Positions 24,993 to 36,846 of a stretch of DNA of 64,000 nucleotides are shown piece after piece; the first letter of the stretch is position 1; each line of letters opens with the position of its first letter. The notes below the pieces were generated by a model. The model searched no databases and was not told where the DNA came from. It saw nothing but the letters and a program-made list of their open reading frames with translations. Origin of the DNA: Camelus dromedarius. Lineage: Eukaryota. The stretch spans positions 96,226,001 through 96,290,000 of the forward strand of contig NC_087472.1 in assembly GCF_036321535.1 (NCBI RefSeq), given 5' to 3'. Position numbers and translations under genes: made by a program.

Positions 24993-25215
24993 CAGTTGAC
25001 CCTTGAACAACACGAGTTTGAACTACACGGGTCCACTTATACTTGGATTTTTTTTCAGTAGTAAATACTAAAGTACTGTATGATCCACAGTTGGCTGGAT
25101 CCACAGATGTGGAACCAGGAATACAGAGGGAGGGCCAACTATAACATTATACACGGATGTTCAACTGCACAGACTGTCAGCACCCCTAACCCCTGCATTG
25201 TTCAAGGCTCAACTC
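24993..25215 (+). mobile_element. Tigger2-family non-autonomous DNA transposon (MITE) nested in L1
   Basis: Terminal inverted repeats CAGTTGACCCTTGAACAA ... TTGTTCAAGGCTCAACTC, followed by TA. Confidence 0.85.
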
Positions 25216-25845
25216 TATATCTGAAGAAAATGAAAACACTTTGTTCAAGAGGTATCTACACACTCATGTTTATAGCAGCATTATTAATAGCCAAGACATG
25301 GAAACAACCAAAGTGTCCATCAATGGATGAATGGATTAAGTTGTGGTGTACACATATAGTGGTATATTACTTATCCATATAAAAGGGGGAAATCCTGCCA
25401 CCTGTGATGGCACGGATGGACCTTGAGGGCATTATTCTAATAAGTCAGAGACAGACGAATACTGTATGATCTCACTTATACAAATTTGTGGTTACCAGAA
25501 GTAGGGAGTCTGGGGTGGGGGGAATTGGAGGAAGACGGTCAAAAGGTACAAATTTCCAGTTAGAAGATAAATAAGTACTAGGGATGTAACATACAACACG
25601 GTCACTACAGTTAACATGGCTGTGTGGTGTGTATCGGAGGTTTTGAGAGTACATCCTAAGAGCTCACGTCATAAGGAAAAAAATTTTTTGAATCCATGAG
25701 ATGATGGGTATCAATTAACTTTACTGAGGTAGGCATTTCTTGATATATTTAAGTGAAATAATTATGCTATAGACCTTAAATGTATACAGTGCTCTGTCAA
25801 TTATATCTCAGAACTAGAAAAAGTTTTAAAAGGTTGGGAAGATTA

Positions 25846-26185
25846 AAAAATCTTTAGCAATTTGATATATAGAAAAGATATTTCATGTCAATCATTTTGC
25901 ATTTGTTTGATTATTAGTGATGCCAATTTCTATAATTCACTTGTAAGTTTTCTGAGTTGTCTGTATGTGCCAGATGCTCATTTCCTTCTTTTTAATTTGT
26001 TAAGGTCTGTTTATATACTAAGATCCATAATTTACATTTAAACGTTACACAAATTTCCCTTTTCCCCATTTGCCTTGTACTTTATTTCATAGTTTTTTTT
26101 TTTGAGGTATGGAAGTTTTAAATTTTCATATAGCCAAACATCAATCTTTTCCTTTATGGTTTCTTTGTTTGCTTTTATGCTTACA
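25846..26185 (-). mobile_element. Ancient L1ME-like fragment, right half
   Basis: T-rich antisense L1 ORF2-like sequence continuing the 17200-17738 fragment. Confidence 0.65.
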
Positions 26186-26819
26186 CCCAAAGGTGTTTCT
26201 AAAACCCTGATCTTACCATATCCCTGTATTGATTCAAATCTCCCAGGGGCTCTTGGGGAGAAATCCAGCCTCAGCTGCTGTCACCCTCTAGGCACCTGGG
26301 GTCCAGTCAGGCCAAGCAATTGTCCTTAATACTCTCCACTTAGCACCTTCTGCTGGGGAAGCCAGCCCTCATCCAGCCCCACGGGCTCACTGCCCATCTC
26401 CACCCGCTCTGCCCGCATGTCACTGAGGCCCAGTTTGGCCATGACCACCATCTTTACCCTCTTCTTCCCCTCCTTATATAGCACCTGGTCCCCAGGGGTC
26501 TCAGTAGCAGTTTGTAAAATCAACAAGGACAAGCAAAATCTGAAGTGGCTAGTAGAGAACTGGCTCTCCGGGCCAGTTTAGGATCAGAAGACTGGGCCAA
26601 GCTGCTGGGGGCTGAGGCTCTCCAAGGAGCACCGGCGGCAGCTGGAGCACAGGGCCCAGGCCACGCGGGAGGGTGCTGTGAAGTGGGGAGCGGGGCGCGT
26701 GGGGGCCGAGTGGCCGGCGAAGGGCAGCCAGGGAGACCGGCAGCGCCTGCAGGCCGAAGGCCAGTGTCACGGAAGGGCTCGGCTGTGAGAACAGCAAGCA
26801 GCAGTCACCTGAGGCCTCA

Positions 26820-27920
26820 AATGAGATGACCCCTCTTACCACCCCGACCTCCTGCATCTCCACGGTGCCCCACGCCGGCCCAGGGCGTGGCCGGCCTTCT
26901 AGTTTCCCAGGCCAGAAACCGGAGTCACTTCATTCCTCTCCCTCCCACCGCCTGCATCCCATCTGTCAGAGACTCGATTGGTTCTACCTTCAAAATGTAG
27001 CTGGACCATAGAGTGCATAATTCCATTTAGATGACATTCTGGAAAAGGCAAAACTTGGGACAGAAAACAGATCTGTTGCCAGAGGCTGGGGGAGGGGGCG
27101 TCCGCAAAGGGTCCTGAGAGAACCAGGCAGCTGACGGAATTCTCTGTAACTCCATGGTACTGGCCATCACACAACTTTAGGCATTTAGCAAAACTCACAG
27201 GATTGTACGCTAAAAAGCCAAACTTTAAATTGTACCTCAATAAAACTATGGGAAAAAAACACATACCAGAACTCCAGCCGTTTCTCGCCATCCTAACGGC
27301 CATCGCCCCGGCCCGGGCGCCATCGTCAGTGGGATCTTGACTGTGCCCCCTGCTCCTGCCCTTGCTTCCCTGCAGTCTGCTCCCAGCACAGCGGCCAGAG
27401 GGGTCCCTTTTAAAACCAAAATCAGAGTTGGTTACTCTTGGGCTCAGAACTCCAGAGATAAAGAACCCTCCAGGGCTTTTTCTTCTCCTCAGAGTCAAGG
27501 CCGAAGTTATCACATGGCCAGCCTTCTGTTACTCCTCTGGTGACCGCCTCCTAACCCCTACCCCCCGCCCCTCCTCACCCAGGTGACTCCACTCCCACCT
27601 CCATGGCCTCCTTGCCCCTCTTGGGGACAGGCCCTGATTTCCATCCGTGTGGTCCCTTCCCTCATCAATTTCAGGGCTCTGCTCAAGTAACATCTCCACG
27701 AGGCCTTCCCTGAACATCCTACTTACACCTGCAGCCCCCTGCCCTGCCAGCCACACTCCCAGTGGCTATCCTCTTTTTTCTTGTCCTCACAAACCATAGT
27801 TCCATCTGACAAACCTCATCTTTTTTTGGCTTATTGTGTGATGCCTTGTGCCACGAGGATAGGGATTTTTGTTTTATTTCCTGCTGCCCTTCCAGCACGA
27901 AGGACATTACCATTTGCCTG
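26820..27920 (+). mobile_element. L2 fragment interrupted by an old L1 3' end (~27010-27255)
   Basis: L2-like segments 'ggccagaaaccggagtc...ttctaccttcaaaatgta', 'cagcacagcggccagaggggtcccttttaaaac' and 'cagggctctgctcaagtaacatctccacgaggccttccctga'. The insert reads 'ttccatttagatgacattctggaaaaggcaaaact...ctcaataaaact'. Confidence 0.65.
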
Positions 27921-28232
27921 GCAAATCAGAGTCAGCAGTTGATTTCTGTGGTTGGAGGAGAGGGCAGCAAGAATGAGTCCCCAGAACCACCAGTGATGAT
28001 AATCTGATGTGTCGACATCTTCCTGCCCCTGAATCTCAACTCAGCTCCTCTCTGGAGACCGTTTGGGGAACCCGGGCTCTAATGCAAGTCTGTGGGGTGG
28101 GGGTGGGGGTGGAAATCCAGCCTTTGAGTAGGGGCTGTCCTCCCTGCCTTTTTTGTTTTTTGGTTTTTTTTGGTTTCTCTGCCACCTTGGATAACTCATT
28201 GAACAGACGCCTTCTCTCCCATTTCTCTCCAG

Positions 28233-28445
28233 AAGCAGATGTTCCAGGAGAGGAGTAGCCGGATGCTGCAGGCCTTGTCCCCAAAGCAGAGCCCCGTGAG
28301 CAGCCCGACCCGGAGCCGGTCCCCTTCCCGCTCCCCATCGCCCACCTTCTCCTGGCTCCCGAACAAAACCTCACCCCCGTCTTCACCCAAAGCAGCTTCA
28401 GCCTCCATTAGCAGCATGAGCGAGGGGGATGAGGATGAGAAGTAG
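28233..28445 (+). CDS. PCYT1B: Choline-phosphate cytidylyltransferase B (CCT-beta), terminal coding exon encoding the Ser/Pro-rich phosphorylation domain
   Basis: Polypyrimidine tract and AG acceptor (cttctctcccatttctctccag|AAG CAG ATG). Translates to [70 protein letters not shown], matching the mammalian PCYT1B C-terminus as I recall it. It is convergent with PDK3, as in human. Confidence 0.96.
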   Translation, partial: KQMFQERSSRMLQALSPKQSPVSSPTRSRSPSRSPSPTFSWLPNKTSPPSSPKAASASISSMSEGDEDEK

Positions 28446-28886
28446 AAGCTGCTAGTAGACAGGAGCCGCACCACACAGGCCAGGAAGGAAGGCCGGGGCA
28501 CTGGGGGTGCCTGGGTGGTGTCAGGGCTAATAGTCACAGGAGCTGCAGCGCAGCAGGGAGACCCTGAGCCCTGCTAAGGGACGGCGTTGGGACCAGCTCT
28601 CCCTCAGTCTCCACTCAGCCCAACACTTGGGCTCTGCATGGAGGTTTCCAGCCGGACAGACCTACACGAAACCTCTTATCATCTAGAATCACTCCACCCT
28701 TGCTAAGGAAAGGTGCAGAGCACCCCCAGGAGACTTGCACTGAGCGGGGTGCCCTCCGTCTTGGTTCTCACCCCCACCCCCACCCCCACCAGGTATGCCG
28801 CCTGTGGAAGTGGCTGTTTCCTCAGCGTGCTCCTTCCAGCTCCTAAGGGCCTTGCACGTTGCCTCCTGCCACCCAAGCTCTGCCAG

Positions 28887-28892
28887 AATAAA
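28887..28892 (+). terminator. Candidate proximal poly(A) signal of PCYT1B
   Basis: AATAAA hexamer. Confidence 0.45.
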
Positions 28893-31800
28893 GTTGTTTC
28901 CAGTAGAGGTGGCAAAGTGCTTCTGAGATAGTTAAAGACAAACGCTAACCTTCTAAGTTTAGCCACTGGGACCTGATGTCACAACATATCAATTCTTTCC
29001 AGTTCCAGGAACGTGGAGCCTAAACGAAGCCTGCTTTAGGCCAGCTACATACAGGGTCACCTAGTGTGCACCTGAACTTCTTATTCAAAGGATAGTTTTG
29101 TCACGGAGAAGGCCACCTAAGGCCTCCTGTGCTCCTGGCTCTACTCTTTCATCATTGGTTTGACTTCATTGTTTTCCAGAAATTACCTTAATCTATGGGA
29201 AATGCAACAAAACATCCTATATAAATATATATATATAAAGGAGCTGCCTTGCTTTGGCTCCAAGTTTAGCAGATGGTAGATGTTTCCTGAAGCTTCTCCT
29301 TAAAAGGATGCTATTACGGAATGGCTTTCCCCATTTCTGACCAGTTAACAGTTTCATAGACTTCAAATAACAGTTTGATGTACCAGACCACATAGTAGAC
29401 CCCTAGGGGCGCTACCTGCACGTGTCTGTTCTGTGTATGCGCCCAGCACGCCGCCCAGGGCGCACACTGTATGCGCCACGAATACATGGCGGTGGCGCTT
29501 TACACTCTGCTCCTCTCGCCCTCACACTCCACTAAAATCCTCGGTCTTAAGAACTACCTGGTTCCCTGAGACTTGGGCACTTTGCTCAAAGCTGCTTTGT
29601 CCAAAGCTCAGCCTGCCTTCCGGTAGCAATGTCTTGTCCCAGCCAAGAAGTGAGCACGTTCTCATGGCCTCCCGTCAGCTTTTTGGGTGGAGGGAGGCTC
29701 TGAAGAGTCTCCCAGAGCACGGTGGGAGCCTCGGTATCTGAATGCTACAGGTGGGACTGCAGATCCCCCGGCCCTAGGTTTCAAATGGGACGAAGACGCT
29801 AAGCACCCCCTCCCCCCGGCTTGTCTCTGCTGTCACTGTCCCCACGTGCACAAGTGGGCCATGAGCAGGCGGAGGCGAGGTGTAAGGCCTCCCTCTTGGG
29901 CAGAAGAGGCGCTGCCTGGCCGATTCCCAGTGAGGCCAGAGCCCAGCATCCCTTTTGAGAGAAAGTCCTCCCTTTCAGAGGCCTTGGGACCCAGCCTTCT
30001 GGGTGATGAGTGGGGCAATCAGTGAAGGATGGTGGTGTGTCTTTCCCCCTTGTGCTGGGGTTGAACTACCTCCGTGCCCACCTAGAGATAAGTGGGGTTT
30101 GTTGCGAAGCGAAACCATGAGGTTACGCTGGCTCGGAAACCCCTCGTTCCTGGCACTTTCGCCAGAACTCTGTCGAGCACTCGTGTGGGACAGAGAGCCG
30201 GTGGGAGCATGGTGCGGGAGAAGAAAACTGCTCGTTGCCATCAAGGCCCAGAGCTTTTCTCTGCCGAGAGAGGCAGAGGCCCCATTCGTCCACAGTGCCC
30301 ACTTCGGTCTCTCCCGTCCTCTACCGCGGGCACATGGGGACATAGGCCCACCATTTCTGGCAGTTGACACTTGTCGCAGTGACAGGGCAAGGAGAGCAGC
30401 TGGGCAAGGCCAGACAGTGAGGACAAGGGAAGCGAAAAGGAGAAAGAGGGGCCTGGAGAGGAAAGGAAGGAAGGAAGTCTGCACTCTCAAGCCACTTCGG
30501 CACCTTCCTTTGTAGGGAAACTCTCAGGAATGCCTTTTCTGAGCTTACACCATGGCCCAGAGCAGATGAATCCACTTTACCTGAATCCTGCTCTGGCGCC
30601 AATAGCTTGGGCTTGACCTATCAGGCAGATGCTAAGTTTGCAGGCCTTACGCATCTTACCCACAGGTGCCGCTTACTCAGATTCAGTGCCATCATAGGTA
30701 CCAATTATGGGAAATGACTAATGCCTGGGCTCTTCCAGGGATGGCTGTAACTACCCGCAAGTCCATTCTAAATGTCGCCTGATGTCCCTCTCCCCGACCT
30801 CTAACAGTACCTCCCCATCCTAAGATGACTGTGAAGGAATGGGGTATTCTGTGACCCAACTTTTGATGTTTCCTGGCCATCAGTTTCCCCTTGCCCCTCC
30901 TCCCTTGCCTAGGAGGAGATGGGGTTGCTCTTTGTTTGGGCCTCCAGTCAATAGCCAAGAGCGGGTTAAGGCTGGAATGAGATGTGGATAAAGTGTGATG
31001 CAAGCTCTGAGAGGTAAGCACAAGTGAGAAAAAGCAAGGCAAGATTCTTCTGCTCTAGAAAGGGAAGGAAGCTCCAGACTGAGGGTGAGAGAAGAGCAAT
31101 TTAGGTTGTGGAAGGAGGCAGGTCACAAGAAGGTGGGCAGAAGTGAGAGAGGGGTTCCTTTCCGCTTCCTTACCACTCACCTAACAGGTGAAGGTAGCAG
31201 ACTTCATTTCGCAGATACCCAAGGTTAGGAGGTACCCGTGCAGGATGTGGGTTCCCCCTGCCCAGCTTCCCCATTTTGCCACTTCTCCCTCCTGGGGACC
31301 CTAAAGTCAAATGGTCACCAGCTAACAACATGGGGCAGCTGTCATGTCATAGTCACATTTGAGTGGCTCAGATCCGGCAAGCCAGCTCCCGTGGGCCAGG
31401 ACTTAACAAAGGCAAAGGAAACCAACCTCAAGAGGAGAGATCCTGAGACCTAAGTCCGCCTTCTGACCTGCTCTGCAGGGAAGAGACACAGCTGTGGGAT
31501 GGCCAGCTCGCTCCAAGCCTTAGGCTGTAGTCACTGAGAGCCCATCCTTGGAGGGAGGGATGGGAGGAGCGTGGGTTTGTTCTCTCCATCTTCCGGACGT
31601 ATCTTAGCCCCCTGGACATGCCCTAGGGAGAGACGCGAGATGGCCTCATAGACTCAGCTGAATCAGATGAGCCCAAAAGGAACAGAGATGTTCCTGTTCC
31701 TCAGGCATCTGTTCAGCACTAGTCTCGACCATCAGATTTTTCTTTCTCTTTTCTTTTCTTTTTTTTTTTTTTTTAAAGAATGAGCTCATGAGGCATTTGC

Positions 31801-32092
31801 AACTTCTACTCTCTAGACTTGAGTTTTTTGTTGTGTCACTGCGATGCGTCCCGGGACAAAGCCATAAGAAGAGCATACATACTTAAAACTATGCTGTACA
31901 TATAAGACAAAAAGGCGATGACTCGTCTAGGTTAAAGCACGACCTTATGCCCAAGCGTTTGCTCTGGTGCTGAAAAACGCGAACTTTGGAATCAGCCCCC
32001 AACCCTACCCACCCCCAACCCTGCTCCTCCCCTCCCCGTTCCAAACCCACTCCTGCTCCCCAACAGAACACAGCATTCCCAACTTGTTTATA

Positions 32093-32098
32093 AATAAA
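32093..32098 (+). terminator. Distal poly(A) signal of PCYT1B
   Basis: AATAAA followed ~25-60 nt later by 'gcgtgtttctg...ctgtgtgttctgtttgt' (GU/U-rich downstream element). Confidence 0.7.
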
Positions 32099-34195
32099 GG
32101 GATGCAGAATTGCACTTTTGCCTGGCGTGTTTCTGAAAAGCGTGCTGCTGTGTGTTCTGTTTGTAGCTCAACTTCGCGGCGGAAATGGATGAGTGTAGCC
32201 GCTGCCCCGGCTCCGCCCAGTGCTTCAGAAGGATGGGACGCCACGCTGTGCAGCACCGGGCCAAGCCTGGACGTGCCCAAGGGCTCACAGCCGACTTACA
32301 AGCTGGTTAGGAGCAGACTCACCTAGAGGGGAAGTCACGGAGGAAGCCCAGTCCGGGCCCTGAGCTGTGGGCTCCACAGCTAACTTGCTTTCTGACCTTG
32401 ACCAAACCACTTCATTCCTGGCCTCAGTGCCTGCTTTTGTAAAATCAGGGGCTTGGAGGAAATCGTTTCTGAGGTCTCCTTGCCGGTAAAGGTCTTTGAA
32501 TTTATGAGGCAGCCTGCATGGCCCCTAAACTTCTCCAGCTAGGATGCTGTCACTGAGCGACCATGGGAAGGCGCTTACCCCGGGGTGGAGAGGTGGCCTG
32601 AGGCATCCACAGGTCACAGCGTCGGCGGCCGGACTGACGCCTCCACCTCCACTGGCTCCCGGCGTCTCCACACCGCTTCTATCTAGTCTCCTGGAGGAAT
32701 GCTTTTCACCTGGACCTAAGCGTTGGGGCGTGGCTATTTCAACCACTTTTCCATCTTTGGGGAAAGCTCTTTTGATCAGCTGGAAGCAGATAGATGGGGG
32801 TGGAGGCGCTAACTCAGGATCCCGAATGTCAACAATTAAGGCAGATGTTAATGTTCTGAGAATTGTGCTCCACTAGGTGAATTTAGTTGCTTCTATTGAC
32901 TCCACCTGGAGAGGTCTAGCTCTTTGAAACAACAACAGTTCTAACATTGCCTAGGCCCCAGAAGAAATAAAGCCCGGCCTGCAGGCAGCAAGGGAATTCA
33001 TTTAAAAACAAAATAACTATTATTCGTAGACCATATCACTTGGCTTTGCCACACAGATCAAACACATTCTTGACAGGTTGTATTTCAAGTAACGGGTACA
33101 GGTTTCTTCTTGACTTCCTTGATCCCCCAGAATGTTCTCAAGGGAAAATCAGTTCTAAGGCATAATAAAACTCACGTGTGAGAGCTCTAATATTGGCCCC
33201 CAAAGAGGATTAGGCTTTGTTAGTAAGCAGAACCCCTGGCATTAAAAGGTTCACTAGCAATAATATTTACACACACACGCACACACGCACGGTCCTCTTG
33301 TACTGGAGTCCTCATTGGCCATTGGAGTTGACTGTTTAAGCAACCTCTCCAAGTATTCAGCACAGCCTATTAGACAAAAAGACTCGTACAGAGATGCTTT
33401 TCAGCCAGAGTGACAATTCATAAGCACCAATGTAAACCCAGTGATCAAATTCTTTAAAAAAAAAATGAACTAAAAACCAATCAATAACCAGTAAAATCTG
33501 AAAACATCATTAAAAGCATAAATATCCACGGGTGCTAAGTGGTTGTTAAATGCTTGGCCCTTCTGTACTAACATAACTTACATTCAAGAAAACACACCAT
33601 ACTGGTTGCATGTCAGCTGCAGTTGACCACGTGTGGGAAACTTGAGGAGAAATGTTCAGAGTAGGGTTGACTTGTCTGGTATAAGCGATTTTTATTCCCC
33701 TTGCCTTCACTGTTTTCTTGCGGGGCAGGAAAAGGAATTGATCTGCAAGGTTACTGTGCTCTATTCATAAAAGCAGAGTTCTAATGGAGGGGTTAGACAA
33801 AATTTAAATATTTGACATTTGATATGTAACCTTCCGTTTTAAAAGTTAATGAATCCATACCTGGAAAAGCTGGGATACTCTACCCTTTCCACAGGGAGCT
33901 TTCAACTCCTTATACTTGCAAATGAACTTGTCACTCTACAGTTTCTAAGTTCAAAGAAAACCTGTCATCTTCTGCCATGCACATGGCAGGACAGGACTCA
34001 CTACATAGCTTGAGGAGACAACCAGACTTGCTTGTCTGATAATCATGTTCCACTGGACGGATGCTAACAAGATGCCATTTACTGGCCTGACCACACAAAC
34101 CGACATGGACACAACTGAGTCACTGATTCTTTTCCGATTTTTCTCCATGTCTGGTACCCAGGGATTAATGATACATGAAAGAAGATGAAGAGGTG

Positions 34196-34652
34196 TGTAC
34201 TGGTTTCCTCTTGCTGAAACAAATTCAGTGGCGTAAAACAAAACAGATGTATTATTTTACAGTTCTGGAGGTCAGAAGTCAAAAATGGATCTTACTGAGC
34301 TACTGTTAAGGTTTTGGCATTCCTGTCTGGAGGCTCTAGGGGAGACTCTGTTTTCTTGCATTTTAGCCTGCATCCCTTAGCTTGTGGCCCCCTTCCGACT
34401 TCAAAGCTGGCAATGGCCAGTCTGGTCTTCCTCACATCACATCCCATCACTTGGACACTTCTGCTGCCTCTCTCTTCTCAGTATAAGGGCCCTTATGATT
34501 ATACTGGGCCCACTTGGATCATCCAGGACCCTCCCCCTATTTTAAGGTCACCAGCAACTTTAATTCCTTCTTGCCATGTAATAGAACACATTCCCAGGTT
34601 CTGAGGATTGGGATGTGGACATCTTTGGGCAGCCATAATTCTGTCTACCACA
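34196..34652 (-). mobile_element. MLT1-type (MaLR) solo LTR
   Basis: Reads 'ttacagttctggaggtcagaagtc...ggaggctctaggggagactctg...gattatactgggcccacttggatcatccagga...ggacatctttgggcagccataattctgtctaccaca', with TG...CA termini. Confidence 0.85.
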
Positions 34653-36386
34653 AAGTGACTGAAGACAGTGATCATAAACCCGTGAACCCTTCCCTAGGTT
34701 CTAACAGAGTAGAGGAGCTGTAATTCTCATGCAGATAGAGAGATTCATGTTCCTCTTTTTAACATTCCTACATCTACTCGTGATGAACTGGTTAAAATGT
34801 TTCTCTTGAGTTTTGACATCCACAAGGGAAGCGTTATATAGTTATAACGGGAGAAGTCTGACCTCAGTGAACATGCTAATTGGTCCATGAGGAGAGGACC
34901 TGTTGGATCCTCAACTCATAAACATGGGCTTGGCCATGGCCACCCATTCTCTGGGCAGTACGTACCCTCCTGTTCATACTTGGCTGTACCGAGAAGACAA
35001 GAGGGGAAAGGGTAGCTAACCAACGTCTTTGATCACCAGACACATTCCTGCTGAAACAAGCCCAGGAATAGAGCTTCTGGCTATCAGGCAGAATCTGTTA
35101 CCTGCCTGTTCTCCCCCTGGTTTGTTTTTTGTTTCTCCGATCCTTGAATGTTGACTGCACCCAGCTGAAGCTGGGACTCATGTCTAGCCATCCAGGATTA
35201 AGGTACACCATACTCCTTTCTAGAGTAACTTCTTTTCCCATTGTGGCCTTTGATCTGCATTTTAACTTAAGGGCTCCCACACATTCCTGTCTGAAGCATT
35301 CAATAAACATTTGAGTGAGCCGCAATCCCTGCCCCCAACCCAATTTCAGTTCAGTACCTTGAGTCTCAACTCTGGCCTCTCCTGACTGGCCCAATCTCTG
35401 ACTTGAATGAGCTCTTGAAGAACAGTCCATGTTTTGAACTCTGCCAAACAGAATTTTACAATGAGTTTACTACCTTACCAATTTCACATTATTTTTACTA
35501 ATCTCTTTGGGGTAGAGCGCTCTAACTCTCCCGGGGTGCTAAGATTGTTAACTCTTACTCAGAGTGGAGGGAAATAGAAAATCTTCTTTGTGAAATCTAC
35601 TTTTGCTATTTATTAGAAACCACTTGTCGAGAATGCTGAGTGGAAGAGGCTGGTGATGTTACCCCTTAGCTGGCCCATCGACAGTAAGGCTCTGGGTGAG
35701 CTACCAAAGGCATCAGGCGTCAACACACTCTCCTTAAGGCCTCACCAAGCATATGGGGGGCCTGGTCTGGAATAAGATCTCCTATTTGGACAGAGCTGTT
35801 CTGTGGATGAGATGGTCATTCAAAGTCTCACCATAGGTTCTTTGATTGCAGAGTGGCTGACAGACTTCTCTCATCTGAATAATGGGGCAGTATTTACTCT
35901 CATAAACGATTATTTTGTTACCAGTTGAAGCCCTAAGAAAAGAGCAGTTTTCATGTAAGAAGCTCCATTCGAATTGTGCTAAGGTGACAATAATTATCTC
36001 CAACTTTAGAAATAATTACACTGTTATATTAAGCTGTCACTAGGGACGTGTCGAAGGCTTCTGTATCCATCGCCGTGTTGCCGTCATTAACATGTTTATT
36101 TTGTTTGAGGTCTAGCAAATTCTGTTTGGACAAGAATGCCAGGAAACAATAAAAGTAGCATTGGCTTAACTTAGAGTTTCTTACACAGACGCAAACAGCA
36201 AAACTGCTCAGTTGCCCCAAACCCAAATTGACGAGGCCTTTTCTCTCTTGTATTTTCCAATTACCTGTTAAATAGAGCATCAGTGTAACTGCAAGGTGCC
36301 TAGGCCTGCTCTGTGCCAGGGGGTAGGATTCGCTGTTGCCAGCATTCTAGCCGTTCTCAAAGGCTGCTCTGTGATTTGGACTCGAT

Positions 36387-36525
36387 CAGTGGTTTTCAAT
36401 CCTGTCACACATCTCCTAGGGAACTCTTTAAAAAAGACTTCCCAGACATCAGCTGATGGAATGGAACTGAAATGGGACTCAGAACTTGGAGATTCTGATG
36501 TGGCCAGGTTGAGACTCCCTGGGCT
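36387..36525. mobile_element. MER5-like hAT MITE remnant
   Basis: 'cagtggttttcaatcctg...gattctgatgtggccaggttgagactccctgggcta'. Confidence 0.55.
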
Positions 36526-36846
36526 ATTGTTCATACTCAACTCAAGGAACAGAGTGAGCCTTTGAGAGAACTGGATTCAAAGAGGTTGACAATCAATGCC
36601 TTTTGTAGCAAAGGTGAGAACTGGTGTGCCAAGCAGCTTTGACAGGGAAAAGGTCTAGATATTATTTTGTTATGTTCTTATCCAAAGAGAGACGATTATG
36701 TTGATGGCAGTGTCATCGGTGGGCAGAGGGCAAAGGATTCATTTTAAGACTACCAGTGAGAAATGACGAGGGTACCGTCAAGCACCCAGCCCAGTGACTG
36801 GTGAAAATGGGCATTTGATGTTAGTTAAAAAAAAATTCAACAGCTA

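Larger units (their letters stand above)
17739..25820 (+). mobile_element. Near full-length degenerate LINE-1: GC-rich 5' UTR, ORF1 ~19530-20469, spacer, ORF2 from ~20993, 3' UTR; contains nested insertions
   Basis: L1-type 5' start 'gggagagtgacgtcaccaagatg'. ORF1-like peptides 19697..19936, 19979..20194 and 20191..20469 (...PVLQEMLKGLL). ORF2-like peptides 23742..23924 ([29 protein letters not shown]) and 25080..25382 (MFIAALLIAKTWKQPKCPSMDEWIK). Confidence 0.93.
28446..32120 (+). other. PCYT1B: PCYT1B 3' UTR (long form)
   Basis: Mostly non-repetitive sequence from the stop codon to AATAAA at 32093-32098, followed by GU-rich sequence. Confidence 0.7.

Noticed and set aside
8353..25654. L1 ORF1/ORF2 peptides as active retrotransposon genes
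   Set aside because: All are fragmented by stops, frameshifts, deletions and nested insertions.
36280..36540. Minus-strand ORF containing 'DVWEVFFK', reminiscent of the Artemis ligase IV-binding motif
   Set aside because: It overlaps a MER5-like remnant, has no further Artemis similarity and no exon structure, so it is a chance match.
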